The position numbers and the translations under genes were made by a program. From the IMG/VR virus record IMGVR_UViG_3300010162_000002: 51,678 bases of DNA; one strand, 5' to 3'. The notes under the pieces were generated by a model. It was given only the letters and a program-made list of their open reading frames with translations, searched no databases and was not told the origin of the DNA. Positions within the stretch are counted from its first letter, which is position 1; every line of letters begins with the position of its first letter. This document shows positions 1 to 8,846 of this stretch, piece after piece. The DNA comes from a virus.

Positions 1-113
1 ATATTATCATTAAATTAAATAATTAAAAAAACAAGAAAGGAGAATCACATGGAAAAAGCAAGGAAATATTATCATTAAATTAAATAATTAAAAAAACAAG
101 AAAGGAGAATCAC
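1..113. repeat. 65-bp unit in tandem (1-65, then partial copy 66-113). The whole 113 bp is identical to 51566-51678, marking the terminal overlap of a circular or permuted genome.
   Basis: Direct reading: 1-48 = 66-113 and 1-113 = 51566-51678. The unit carries the last codons and stop of the final gene, an aaggag RBS, and the first 10 nt (atggaaaaag) of the next gene. Confidence 0.9.
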
Positions 114-476
114 ATGGAAAAAGTATCTGTATTAGCAATGGCACGTGGAGCCATTGCAGAACGAGCTGATTACGAAATGTATAAAATTATAGAAAATATT
201 CTTGACCCTAACACTGCGGCAAATAAAAAAAGAACATTAACGATAACGCTGGAAATTACGCCAGACTTCGCTCGCGAAAACTTGTCAATGCGATGCATCG
301 CAAAATCAAAGTTGGAGCCAACCAGTCCTGTCTCAACATCACTGTACATCACAAGCGGCGAATCCGGCGACATGGCAGTGGTAGAACTAACCCCGCAAAT
401 TGCCGGACAAATGGATTTGTCCGGCAACACACAGCCAGACCCAGTACAACTAAGACTTGTTTCAGGAGGAATTTAA
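114..476 (+). CDS. hypothetical early protein (120 aa)
   Basis: ATG preceded by aaggagaa RBS. Stop lies 1 nt before the next gene's ATG. No motif recognised. Confidence 0.6.
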   Translation: MEKVSVLAMARGAIAERADYEMYKIIENILDPNTAANKKRTLTITLEITPDFARENLSMRCIAKSKLEPTSPVSTSLYITSGESGDMAVVELTPQIAGQMDLSGNTQPDPVQLRLVSGGI

Positions 477-477
477 C

Positions 478-1218
478 ATGTTAGATGAAAAAACATTAAG
501 TAAATTGCAAGAATTGTGTAGTCAACCGCGGCCTTATACTGATAAGGCCGGAAACGAGTATCTGATCCACAACGGCAAAATTACGCAAATTCGCCCTGAC
601 TTGGATTGTGCAGGCACGCTTTCACTGCATAGCCTTGATGCACTTATTCAAATGGTAAAAACAGAGGCAATATCTAAATATGAATCATTAATTTACCTAG
701 AGGCAAGTAGCCATGTAGGCATTAAATGCTTCCTTCAACCGGATAGCGAGCTAAGGTTTAATCGTCAAACAATTTACGAAGTAGCAGCAACAGACACCCC
801 GGGCTGGAATGGCAGTGATGGATTAGGCTTTGAAGAAGCTCTGATCGCCATTCGCACACGCTTCCAGCAAACCCCAGATACAGCATATATGCTTAAATTG
901 CTCTCTGAAATCTCAAACGGAGCCAAAGTTACATTTGCCGATAACGGCATAGCAACAACTGTTGTCACCAAAAAAGGCGTTGACTTGCAAAGCAATGAAG
1001 CGATCAGGCCTATTATAACCTTGGCACCATACCGCACATTCCAAGAGATCGAGCAACCGTCAAGCGAATTTCATATCCGCATAAGTGAGCGCGGAATCCG
1101 ATTTATCGAGGCCGATGGCGGTATGTGGAAGCTGGCGGCAAGAAAAGCCATTGCCGAATATTTACGTGAACGTTTAGACGATGAAATTGAGTCTGGGCGA
1201 GTGCATGTAATGCTGTAG
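478..1218 (+). CDS. hypothetical early protein (246 aa)
   Basis: ATG at 478 with aggagga RBS at 464-470, immediately after the upstream stop. The track ORF from 457 is probably an N-terminal over-extension. Confidence 0.6.
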   Translation: MLDEKTLSKLQELCSQPRPYTDKAGNEYLIHNGKITQIRPDLDCAGTLSLHSLDALIQMVKTEAISKYESLIYLEASSHVGIKCFLQPDSELRFNRQTIYEVAATDTPGWNGSDGLGFEEALIAIRTRFQQTPDTAYMLKLLSEISNGAKVTFADNGIATTVVTKKGVDLQSNEAIRPIITLAPYRTFQEIEQPSSEFHIRISERGIRFIEADGGMWKLAARKAIAEYLRERLDDEIESGRVHVML

Positions 1219-1219
1219 G

Positions 1220-1432
1220 ATGTCAGATATGGGTTATTTTGATGAGCTCGAAAAGGAGATGTTTGAAAAGTGTACTAATCATCCTGAAAGATTTTCAATC
1301 AGAGTTGATAACGACAGCATACATGTCGATGATGCAGATGATGAACAATTTCGTTTCTCTTTTAATAGTTTCGGTTATTGCTTTGCACATGCGCTGTTAG
1401 AGCATCTTGGATGTAATGTTGAATTTGTGTAA
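1220..1432 (+). CDS. small acidic hypothetical protein (70 aa)
   Basis: ORF abuts the previous stop. No motif recognised. Confidence 0.45.
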   Translation: MSDMGYFDELEKEMFEKCTNHPERFSIRVDNDSIHVDDADDEQFRFSFNSFGYCFAHALLEHLGCNVEFV

Positions 1433-1445
1433 TTTTGCAAGGTTA

Positions 1446-1483
1446 GGGTGATGGTGTAGCGGGTGTTCGACTCCCCGCCACCC
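1446..1483 (+). ncRNA. tRNA/tmRNA 3'-end-like minihelix (acceptor-like pairing plus a GTTCGACTCC T-loop-like element)
   Basis: GGGTG...CACCC 5-bp pairing flanks GGGTGTTCGACTCCCCG. There is no D or anticodon arm. GGTGTAGC recurs at 1453 and 1501. Confidence 0.3.
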
Positions 1484-1693
1484 TATGGGGGACGCCCCAC
1501 GGTGTAGCCAGTGACGACAGCAGGGCTTAACGGTATCGGCTCATACATCAGTGATAATAGAAAAGATCCGTATTGGAGTTCGCTATGAACTTGCGGAGAT
1601 AGCGGCTTGCCGTGAAAGTACTGTGAAGTATTTCTCTAATTCGCATGGTGTTGGGTAAATTTCCTCTATTGGAAGTTGGAATATCATGCAAAA

Positions 1694-1798
1694 GCGCAGT
1701 GGCGGAATGGCAGACGCTTATAACGTAAGAAAGTCTACCCTGGAGCTTCCCTCCCGGTCGAAATGCTTTCGTGCGGGGTTCGACTCCTCGCCTGCGCA
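1694..1798 (+). tRNA. non-canonical tRNA-like gene or pseudo-tRNA (class II type D-arm; isotype not assignable by eye)
   Basis: GCGCAG/CTGCGC acceptor pairing, D-arm TGGCGGAATGGCAGACGC (Leu/Ser/Tyr-like), and T-arm (G)CGGGG-TTCGACT-CCTCG(C). It is 105 nt long, with a 54-nt hairpin-rich segment between the D and T arms and no clean 7-nt anticodon loop. Confidence 0.4.
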
Positions 1799-1898
1799 AT
1801 AGGGGTGTATGCACTAAACGGTGACTGGCGAGCCCCGCAATTCGGCACGACACCGTGACATCTCGGAGAGACGGAATTTTATAACAGGGCGGTGAATT

Positions 1899-2846
1899 AT
1901 GCAGGGGTGGGTAAAATTACACAGGCGGATGCTTGAGTGGGAATGGTTTTCCGATTCAAGCACATTGAGCGTATTCATGTTTTTACTCCTCTCTGCTAAT
2001 CTCAGAGAGAGACAGTGGCAAGGTGTAACTATCATGCCAGGGCAATTAGTAACATCACAGGAGTCAATTTCTGCAAAAACCAAGCTCTCACGACAGCAGG
2101 TGCGCACTTCGCTTAATCGCCTAAAATCAACCAGCGAAATAACCATAAGTACAACCAACAAATATACCCTTATAACCATTGTTAAATGGGGGTCATATCA
2201 AGGTAGTGAAACCAATGATAACCAGCAAATCAACCAACCATGCAACCAACGAACAACCAACGAACAACCAACGAATAACCAACGAATAACCACAAACAAG
2301 AAGGATAAGAATATAGAGAATGAAAAGAAGGGTGAGAAGTACTTAAAACCATTGTCGGGTAAACCCGACCGCGAAGACGAAAAGCCGCTCGACGACACCG
2401 ATTTATCGGGTGAGTGCGGCACGACCCCTGCAGTTGCCACGAGTGGTAAAACCTCAGCGACGGTGACAGTCAGGGAAGTTGTAGCTTACTTAAATCAGCG
2501 ATGCGGTACGGCATTCAGGGCAACAACCAAAGACACGCAAAAACACATTAACGCTCGGCTAAAAGAGGGTTTCACTATCGACGACTTCTTCATCGTCATT
2601 GACAAAAAGGCTTTTGAATGGGGCAATAGCCCAAATATGGCGCAATACCTTAGACCGCAGACACTTTTTGCTACAAAATTTGAAAGTTACCTAAACCAGC
2701 CATGGACAACTGGAGATAGGTTGAACGAAACGCAGCTTACAGCAGTGCGAATTTTAGCAGAAGAAAACGCCAAAAACAGAGTTAATGACGCTTGTAACGA
2801 TGTAATAAATATACCAACAGGAGGATGTAATCATGACATTGGCTGA
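1899..2846 (+). CDS. replication initiator / replisome organizer (DnaD-like, with phage conserved C-terminal domain)
   Basis: N-terminal winged-helix-like WVKLHRRMLEWEWF. C-terminal VVAYLNQRCGTAFRATTKDTQKHINARLKEGFTIDDF...YLRPQTLFATKFESYLNQ resembles the DnaD/Phg_2220_C domain. Confidence 0.75.
   Translation: MQGWVKLHRRMLEWEWFSDSSTLSVFMFLLLSANLRERQWQGVTIMPGQLVTSQESISAKTKLSRQQVRTSLNRLKSTSEITISTTNKYTLITIVKWGSYQGSETNDNQQINQPCNQRTTNEQPTNNQRITTNKKDKNIENEKKGEKYLKPLSGKPDREDEKPLDDTDLSGECGTTPAVATSGKTSATVTVREVVAYLNQRCGTAFRATTKDTQKHINARLKEGFTIDDFFIVIDKKAFEWGNSPNMAQYLRPQTLFATKFESYLNQPWTTGDRLNETQLTAVRILAEENAKNRVNDACNDVINIPTGGCNHDIG
2243..2297 (+). repeat. 11-bp tandem iterons (c/t)aaccaacgaa, 4 copies plus a degenerate fifth, inside the initiator gene
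   Basis: Direct reading: caaccaacgaa x3, taaccaacgaa, taaccacaaac. They encode a low-complexity N/Q/T linker. Confidence 0.7.
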
Positions 2847-3432
2847 GTTTATGCCGATAGTGCTTAAAATTAACGCCATTTGGGGTAAGGGCTTTGATGA
2901 AATACGCACCCGGGTTTGGTATGAAATTTTCAGCGGATTAAAGCTGCAGCGATTAGATATGGCTGTATCGGAACTTGGCAGGGAATCAAAGTTCGAGCCC
3001 AGGCCCGCGGAAATCGTCGAAAAATACGAGGAAATCCGACAAAGAGCGAGGAAATCCCAGGCACGCCGAACACGGATTTCTGACCAAAAGATGCCTAAAT
3101 GCTATATTTGCTTGAATGATGGCACTGTGTTTTACGAAAAGACCGTGCCCGACATAGCTAATTACATCGCGCAGTATATGGCAAGATGTACTTGTGAGCG
3201 CGGTAAGGATTTAAGGCGATGGAGTAAACACCAAATAACCAAAGGTATGACCGTTACAAATCCCACGACCAAGGAAGAAGAGAGCATATATTTCCCGGAT
3301 ATTAGCGATGTTTTGACTCTGGAAGAAATCGGAGTGATACAGGCTAAAAATATGGGCAGAAGCACAGAGGCACAGTTAACGGCAGATGTGGCAGCTATGG
3401 TTAAAAAATTACAGGCTGGAGGTGTGGCGTGA
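2833..3432 (+). CDS. replication accessory protein (possible G39P-like helicase loader/inhibitor domain)
   Basis: Sits directly after the initiator with overlapping stop/start. The pattern W..IFSGL...MAVSEL....FEPRPAEI resembles the G39P family. Weak call. Confidence 0.4.
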   Translation: MTLAEFMPIVLKINAIWGKGFDEIRTRVWYEIFSGLKLQRLDMAVSELGRESKFEPRPAEIVEKYEEIRQRARKSQARRTRISDQKMPKCYICLNDGTVFYEKTVPDIANYIAQYMARCTCERGKDLRRWSKHQITKGMTVTNPTTKEEESIYFPDISDVLTLEEIGVIQAKNMGRSTEAQLTADVAAMVKKLQAGGVA

Positions 3433-5918
3433 GCGATTACATGGAATTCTTAAAATCAAAAATAGAGATTGCTCCAGTAAGTGGGTTCGAGGTAAACCCA
3501 GCACAAATCCACTCGACACTAATGCCTCACCAGCGAGATTCAGTCATTTGGGCATTACGAGGCGGGAGACGCGCTATATTTGCGTCGTTTGGACTCGGTA
3601 AGAGCTTGATGCAATTGGAATTTTGCAGGCAAATCATAAGATGTGAAGGCGGTAAATCTCTGATAGTGCTACCACTGGGAGTTCGACAAGAATTTACGCA
3701 TGATGCCGTCAACTTGCTCGGCATGGAAGCTCCGCCTTATGTGCGAAGCATGGCCGAGGTGGTGGAATCTGACGCTGATATATTTATCACTAATTATGAA
3801 CGCGTGCGTGACGGAGATATAGATCCAGCATTTTTTACAGCAACAAGCCTCGATGAAGCGGCAGTACTGCGCTCATTTGGCAGTAAAACCTACCAAACAT
3901 TTTTGTCAAAGTTTAAAGGCATAAAATACAAGCTTGTGGCCACAGCAACACCGGCGCCAAACCGATACAAAGAACTCATCCACTATGCCGGGTATCTTGA
4001 AATCATGGACACTGGGCAGGCTTTAACTCGATTTTTCCAACGCGACAGTACGAAAGCCAATAATCTCACACTGTACCCACACAAGGAAGATGAATTCTGG
4101 CTATGGGTATCAAGCTGGGCACTATTCATCGGCTCGCCGTCAGACCTTGGATATGATGATATTGGATACACATTACCGAACATGGAGGTACGCACACATG
4201 TGTTAAACACAGGGTATTGCCAATCAGTTGACCGTGACGGCCAAATTAAATTGCTAAATGATACCGCGAAATCGCTTTCAGACGCGGCGGCGGAAAAGCG
4301 CAATAGTATTAAATTGCGCGTTGCTAAGGCAAAAGAAATTATTGATTCTGATCCAGGCGCACACTTTATACTCTGGCATGATCTTGAGGCAGAGCGGCAC
4401 GAAATCAAGCGACAAATGCACACTGCCGTTGAAATTTACGGATCAATGGATTATGGAGAGCGTGAGCGGCGTGTTATGGATTTTTCATACGGCAAAACTC
4501 GGTTATTTGCAACTAAAAAGAGTCTATCCGGATGCGGCTGCAATTTCCAGCGACACTGCCACAGGGCAATATTTATTGGCATTGATTATGAGTTTCACGA
4601 TTTTATACAGGCATGTCACCGTATTTACCGCTTTTTACAGACGGAGCGCGTTATTATTGACATTATTTACACAGAGGCGGAGGAGCCTATATATCGTTCA
4701 TTGATGGAAAAATGGGAGCTACACAAAACCCAACAAGATAAGTTGCGCAATTTAATATTGAAATATGGTTTGTCTGGGAAAGCACAGGCGGAACGAATGG
4801 CCAGAAGCATAGGTGTGAAGCGAGTGAAGATAAAAGGGCAGGGCTTTACGGCCGTCAACAATGATTGCGTGGACGAAGCGGCGCGCATGGGTGAAAACAG
4901 TGTGGATTTAATTCATACATCAATTCCATTTTCGAACCATTACGAGTATACGCCAAGTTATAACGATTTTGGACATAACGAAAATACTGTGCGATTTTTT
5001 GAGCAGATGGACTATCTTACACCGCAATTGCTACGGATACTAAGACCCGGACGTGTAGCGGCAATTCATGTAAAAGATCGTGTTCTATTCGGAAATACCA
5101 CAGGGACGGGAATGCCAACAATAGAACCTTTTCATGTGAATTGTATTAATCATTATATGCGACATGGATTTCAGTATTTTGGCATGATAACCGTAGTAAC
5201 AGATGTTGTTCGAGAAAACAACCAGACATACCGGCTTGGATGGAGTGAACAGTGCAAGGACGGCTCAAAAATGGGCGTGGGTTGCCCAGAGTACATTCTA
5301 CTTTTCCGCAAGTTACCTACTGACACATCAAAGGCTTATGCGGATATGCCGGTGTCAAAAACTAAAGACGAATACACGCGAGCGCAGTGGCAAATTGATG
5401 CACATGGTTATTGGCGTTCTTCCGGCGATAGGCTACTTACTAAAGATGAATTAACGAAAATACCTGTTTCTAACCTGCAGGCGGCATATCGCAAGTATAG
5501 CCGAGATTCAGTTTACAACTACTCCGAGCATGTGGAAATTGCAAAGGAGTTAGACAAAAAAGGAAGCCTACCCGCCACATTTATGGTTGTTGCACCGGGC
5601 TCTTGGTCTACAGATGTATGGGATGACATTAATCGCATGAAAACGCTAAATACGAATCAGAGTCGCCGCAGGCAACAGCTTCACGTGTGCCCTTTGCAAA
5701 TAGATATAGTGGACAGAATTATACATCGCTACTCAAATCCAGGTGATTTAGTGCTAGATCCATTCGGCGGAATAGGTACCGTTGCATTACAGGCTCTAAA
5801 GGCTGGGCGCAAAGGGTATACGATAGAACTTAATGGTGATTATTTCCGCGATGCCGTGGGATATTTGCAGGGGTATGAGGACGAGATATCACAACCTACG
5901 CTATTTGATTTTATTTAG
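3429..5918 (+). CDS. SNF2/DEAD-like helicase fused to an N6/N4 DNA methyltransferase (829 aa)
   Basis: Helicase motif I FGLGKS and motif II DEAAVLRS. C-terminal MTase motif IV HTSIPFS and motif I LDPFGGIGTV (N6_N4_Mtase-like beta-class order). Confidence 0.85.
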   Translation: MSDYMEFLKSKIEIAPVSGFEVNPAQIHSTLMPHQRDSVIWALRGGRRAIFASFGLGKSLMQLEFCRQIIRCEGGKSLIVLPLGVRQEFTHDAVNLLGMEAPPYVRSMAEVVESDADIFITNYERVRDGDIDPAFFTATSLDEAAVLRSFGSKTYQTFLSKFKGIKYKLVATATPAPNRYKELIHYAGYLEIMDTGQALTRFFQRDSTKANNLTLYPHKEDEFWLWVSSWALFIGSPSDLGYDDIGYTLPNMEVRTHVLNTGYCQSVDRDGQIKLLNDTAKSLSDAAAEKRNSIKLRVAKAKEIIDSDPGAHFILWHDLEAERHEIKRQMHTAVEIYGSMDYGERERRVMDFSYGKTRLFATKKSLSGCGCNFQRHCHRAIFIGIDYEFHDFIQACHRIYRFLQTERVIIDIIYTEAEEPIYRSLMEKWELHKTQQDKLRNLILKYGLSGKAQAERMARSIGVKRVKIKGQGFTAVNNDCVDEAARMGENSVDLIHTSIPFSNHYEYTPSYNDFGHNENTVRFFEQMDYLTPQLLRILRPGRVAAIHVKDRVLFGNTTGTGMPTIEPFHVNCINHYMRHGFQYFGMITVVTDVVRENNQTYRLGWSEQCKDGSKMGVGCPEYILLFRKLPTDTSKAYADMPVSKTKDEYTRAQWQIDAHGYWRSSGDRLLTKDELTKIPVSNLQAAYRKYSRDSVYNYSEHVEIAKELDKKGSLPATFMVVAPGSWSTDVWDDINRMKTLNTNQSRRRQQLHVCPLQIDIVDRIIHRYSNPGDLVLDPFGGIGTVALQALKAGRKGYTIELNGDYFRDAVGYLQGYEDEISQPTLFDFI

Positions 5919-5928
5919 GAGGTGTCAC

Positions 5929-6087
5929 ATGCCATGCAGATACAGTGATCTTGGAATGGATGTATGCACTCGATGTGGAAATTGTGAGGATTTAACGCCG
6001 GACGAATCACGAACATGTCAACATACTAATTCAAATAATTTAGCATACGGCCATGACCAATGCGAAAACTGTGGTGCGTGCGAATGA
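5929..6087 (+). CDS. small Cys-rich (zinc-ribbon-like) protein, 52 aa
   Basis: ATG at 5929 with aggagg RBS at 5917-5922. Contains CTRCGNC...CENCGAC. The track ORF start at 5833 overlaps the methylase and was not used. Confidence 0.45.
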   Translation: MPCRYSDLGMDVCTRCGNCEDLTPDESRTCQHTNSNNLAYGHDQCENCGACE

Positions 6088-6141
6088 ATGACGTGATTCG
6101 CGCATTTCCACAGCGCAAAGAAGCCATGGGAGGTGTAGTAG

Positions 6142-7014
6142 TTGGCATCAAAAGACAAGATTAATAAAGCTATATTACGCATCCAGCAAGGATATGAGAT
6201 GTCACGACATGCCGGGAACACGCTTATTTGTGCGTATAGCGGCGGTAAGGATTCGGATGCATTGTTAGACCTTTGCTTAAAATCCGGCGTACCATTTCGT
6301 GCTGAACATAACCACACTGGCATTGACGCGCCGGAAACCGCCTATCATATCCGGGATGTATTTTCAGGGCTAAACATGCCAACAGCTATAAATATGCCCG
6401 AAATGTCAATGTGGCAATTGATCGTGAAAAAGCTTATGCCGCCAACCCGGCGCGTTAGATATTGTTGTGAATATTTAAAGGAGCGGAAATTCGATAACCA
6501 GCACTTACTTATGGGGGTTAGATGGGCAGAGAGTAACAGCCGTAAGTCGCGTGGCACACATGAAAAACTATCTGCTAAAAGGGAAGATCGGATAATTTAT
6601 CAAGACGAAAATGACAATAATCGCAAATTAACAGAAATATGCATGAGAAACAACAGGGTTGCAACTAATCCGATTATTGATTGGACAGACAAAGATGTTT
6701 GGGAGTATGTCCGAAATAATAATCTAAAAATGAATCCTCTGTATGAATGCGGCTTTAGGCGTGTAGGGTGCATAGGTTGCCCAAATGCAGGTAAGCATGT
6801 GCTTGCCCAATTTGCACGATATCCCAAATATAAGGTCGCATACATCCGAGCATTTGACAAAATGATTATCGCGAAAGTCAAAAGCAGGGAAAGGCGCAGA
6901 AAGCCACAGGATGTGAGCGAAATATGGCAATCTGGGGAGATGCTTTTCAATCGGTGGACTAATCCCAAATTTGACCCACAACAGTTAACTTTAGAGGATA
7001 TGGAGGTGCTTTAA
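6142..7014 (+). CDS. PAPS reductase / PP-loop ATP-pyrophosphatase family protein
   Basis: PP-loop SGGKDS near the N-terminus and C-terminal Cys pairs (CGFRRVGCIGC). Typical phage PAPS-reductase-like architecture. Confidence 0.8.
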   Translation: MASKDKINKAILRIQQGYEMSRHAGNTLICAYSGGKDSDALLDLCLKSGVPFRAEHNHTGIDAPETAYHIRDVFSGLNMPTAINMPEMSMWQLIVKKLMPPTRRVRYCCEYLKERKFDNQHLLMGVRWAESNSRKSRGTHEKLSAKREDRIIYQDENDNNRKLTEICMRNNRVATNPIIDWTDKDVWEYVRNNNLKMNPLYECGFRRVGCIGCPNAGKHVLAQFARYPKYKVAYIRAFDKMIIAKVKSRERRRKPQDVSEIWQSGEMLFNRWTNPKFDPQQLTLEDMEVL

Positions 7015-7015
7015 A

Positions 7016-7594
7016 TTGCCCAAAAGAATATCGAAACCAAAAGATTATGCCGCCGAATTACAAACATCTTTCGACCTGTGGGATAGGCTGAAAATTCATG
7101 GCGCAAGTGATCCCTGCTGGGCTGACGGATGCAATATGAATCTTGTGAGAAATCACATTTCTAATCACAAGAGATACATTGAAGAAAATTATAAGCAAGA
7201 GGATTATCCTGAAATCTATTACAGGGAAACACCGCCAATGGTGGATAACAATTACATGGCGCGTACCGATGAGATATTGGCAAATGCCATTAGCTCATTG
7301 AAGAGGTATGATACCTGCCCAAACTTGGCGCATCTAACTGGCATTATCGGCAAGTTAAGTGAAAAACAGCGCAAAGATACAAGCATTGATAATGTCATTG
7401 GCTATCGAACCGCTCTTGAAATTGCAATAAAGGCCATGGATTATATAACGATGCGACGGCATGAGCACACAAAAAACTATTTAGATAGTTTTGCAAGCTG
7501 TGCCGATATGATAAGGACGTTAGATTTGACTATAATCGTAGAGTCGGACTATGAACAGACAACAATTTTTGATTATCTGGAGGTGACAACATAG
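7016..7594 (+). CDS. hypothetical protein (192 aa)
   Basis: TTG start 1 nt after the upstream stop. No motif recognised. Confidence 0.5.
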   Translation: MPKRISKPKDYAAELQTSFDLWDRLKIHGASDPCWADGCNMNLVRNHISNHKRYIEENYKQEDYPEIYYRETPPMVDNNYMARTDEILANAISSLKRYDTCPNLAHLTGIIGKLSEKQRKDTSIDNVIGYRTALEIAIKAMDYITMRRHEHTKNYLDSFASCADMIRTLDLTIIVESDYEQTTIFDYLEVTT

Positions 7595-7614
7595 CTAGAA
7601 AAATATCTATCGCT

Positions 7615-8064
7615 GTGTTTATTTTAATCATATATAGCACGGCTAATCTCCCAATCATGGCACAGAGTAATGACGGCTTTTTCAGCTTCATGAGCTACAG
7701 AGCCATTACTTACCGCAATTCACCGCAATGGCAAATGCAACAGTATGCCACGACTGATGATGCAGGCTTACGGCGATACAATGGATTAAAAATGCTAGCT
7801 ATCGGCACCGGCTGGGGCTATACGGTTGGCGATGTGATAAATGTTACGTTATCAAGTGGAATAGTTATAACAGGTATAATCGGTGATATCAAAGCAGACC
7901 GGCACACATGCGAGCGCAACAAGCGCACTGCTCATAATGGATGTTATTTGGAGTTTATTGTTTGCATCCCTAATATTTGCCCAATGGCTAGACGTATGGG
8001 AGATATGTCATGGATGGGTTTTGTGGGACATGTGATGTCTGTAGATAGGATTACAGATGAGTAG
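7615..8064 (+). CDS. hypothetical, possibly secreted protein
   Basis: The frame is open from 7573, and the upstream in-frame residues ARKISIAVFILIIYSTANLPIMA/Q look like a signal peptide. The only canonical start is GTG 7615. GGAGGTG lies at 7579-7585. Confidence 0.45.
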   Translation: MFILIIYSTANLPIMAQSNDGFFSFMSYRAITYRNSPQWQMQQYATTDDAGLRRYNGLKMLAIGTGWGYTVGDVINVTLSSGIVITGIIGDIKADRHTCERNKRTAHNGCYLEFIVCIPNICPMARRMGDMSWMGFVGHVMSVDRITDE

Positions 8065-8187
8065 ACTCAACTGATGGCCGATATTAGGTTCGAAAATAAA
8101 AAAAGCCACCTTCTAACCGCAAGAGAAAGTAGCTTATAATAATGCCTCAACATCGTTATTATATCAAGTTGTGGGAGGTTTTACAAT

Positions 8188-8598
8188 ATGACAGATATAG
8201 AATATCTATCAAGGGCGTTTGGTGCGAAAAATCAGGCTGTTGAATTGCAAGGGCAAATAAAAAGATTGGATGAAGCTATGGTAAAGATAGGCACATCTAT
8301 TACAGAGGGAAGTAAAGTACAATCTAGCCCACCGAAAGACCCGATGGGGGATAGGGTGTCGGATCTTGTTGATGAAAAAGATGATAGAAGAAATCAGCTT
8401 ATACAGCTAAGTCATATTTACAACACAGCTGAAAGAATCATAAACAGGGTAGACTGTGTTACATGTAGAGGCGTCTTGCAAAAGCGATACCTCGAAGGCA
8501 AGCGTCTCAGGATAATAGCTGTGGAAATGGGATACAGCTATAGATATGTGCAAGATCTTCACGCTGCCGGAATGAAGGAAATAAAAATCCCGGCATAA
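8188..8598 (+). CDS. late-gene transcriptional regulator (sigma-70 region-4-like; RinA/ArpU/DUF1492-type)
   Basis: C-terminal RYLEGKRLRIIAVEMGYSYRYVQDLHAAGMKEI resembles a sigma region-4 HTH. Positioned immediately upstream of the terminase leader. gggagg RBS. Confidence 0.5.
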   Translation: MTDIEYLSRAFGAKNQAVELQGQIKRLDEAMVKIGTSITEGSKVQSSPPKDPMGDRVSDLVDEKDDRRNQLIQLSHIYNTAERIINRVDCVTCRGVLQKRYLEGKRLRIIAVEMGYSYRYVQDLHAAGMKEIKIPA

Positions 8599-8637
8599 AT
8601 ACGTACTGTTTACGAGCATTATCCGTATCAAATCCGG

Positions 8638-8667
8638 TTGACATTTGCAAAAATTCATGTTTATATT
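8638..8667 (+). promoter_or_regulatory. sigma-70-like promoter TTGACA-18-TATATT
   Basis: TTGACA at 8638-8643 and TATATT at 8662-8667, read directly. Confidence 0.4.
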
Positions 8668-8726
8668 TATACTAGCGGAAGCGTCCGCAAGCGAGCGCAT
8701 TCCGCATGTATAAATACTCAGCATAT

Positions 8727-8752
8727 AGCCGTCCATTTTGGGCGGTTTTTTT
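8727..8752 (+). terminator. intrinsic terminator-like hairpin plus T7 run
   Basis: CCGTCC-atttt-GGGCGG followed by ttttttt. Confidence 0.55.
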
Positions 8753-8787
8753 AACAGGGCCTCGTACACCTACGGCAAATGCCATGT

Positions 8788-8810
8788 GTCCCACGCGGGG
8801 ACGTTTTATT
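8788..8810 (+). terminator. weak terminator-like hairpin plus U-tract
   Basis: GTCCC-acgcg-GGGAC followed by gttttatt. Confidence 0.35.
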
Positions 8811-8822
8811 ATGTCACATGGC

Positions 8823-8846
8823 CCGCGACTGGTTCGTGGATTTTTT
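8823..8846 (+). terminator. terminator-like hairpin plus T6 run
   Basis: CCGCGA-ctggt-TCGTGG followed by a-tttttt, 27 nt before the terminase ATG. Confidence 0.45.

Noticed and set aside
1-113. The terminal 113-bp repeat as physical direct terminal repeats of the virion DNA
   Set aside because: It cannot be distinguished from an assembly overlap of a circular or permuted genome. The repeat is itself a tandem 65-bp unit, so its length is not informative.
1548-2179. Minus-strand ORFs 1548-1853 and 1814-2179
   Set aside because: They overlap the tRNA-like element and the 5' end of the well-supported initiator gene. They are Arg/Cys-rich with no RBS.
6142-7014. The PAPS-reductase-like gene as the dedicated CysH partner of the RAMP operon (a classical type IV-B system)
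   Set aside because: It lies 32 kb away in a different transcription unit, next to a methylase, which is a common arrangement in phages. The link is kept only as a note, not as a claim.
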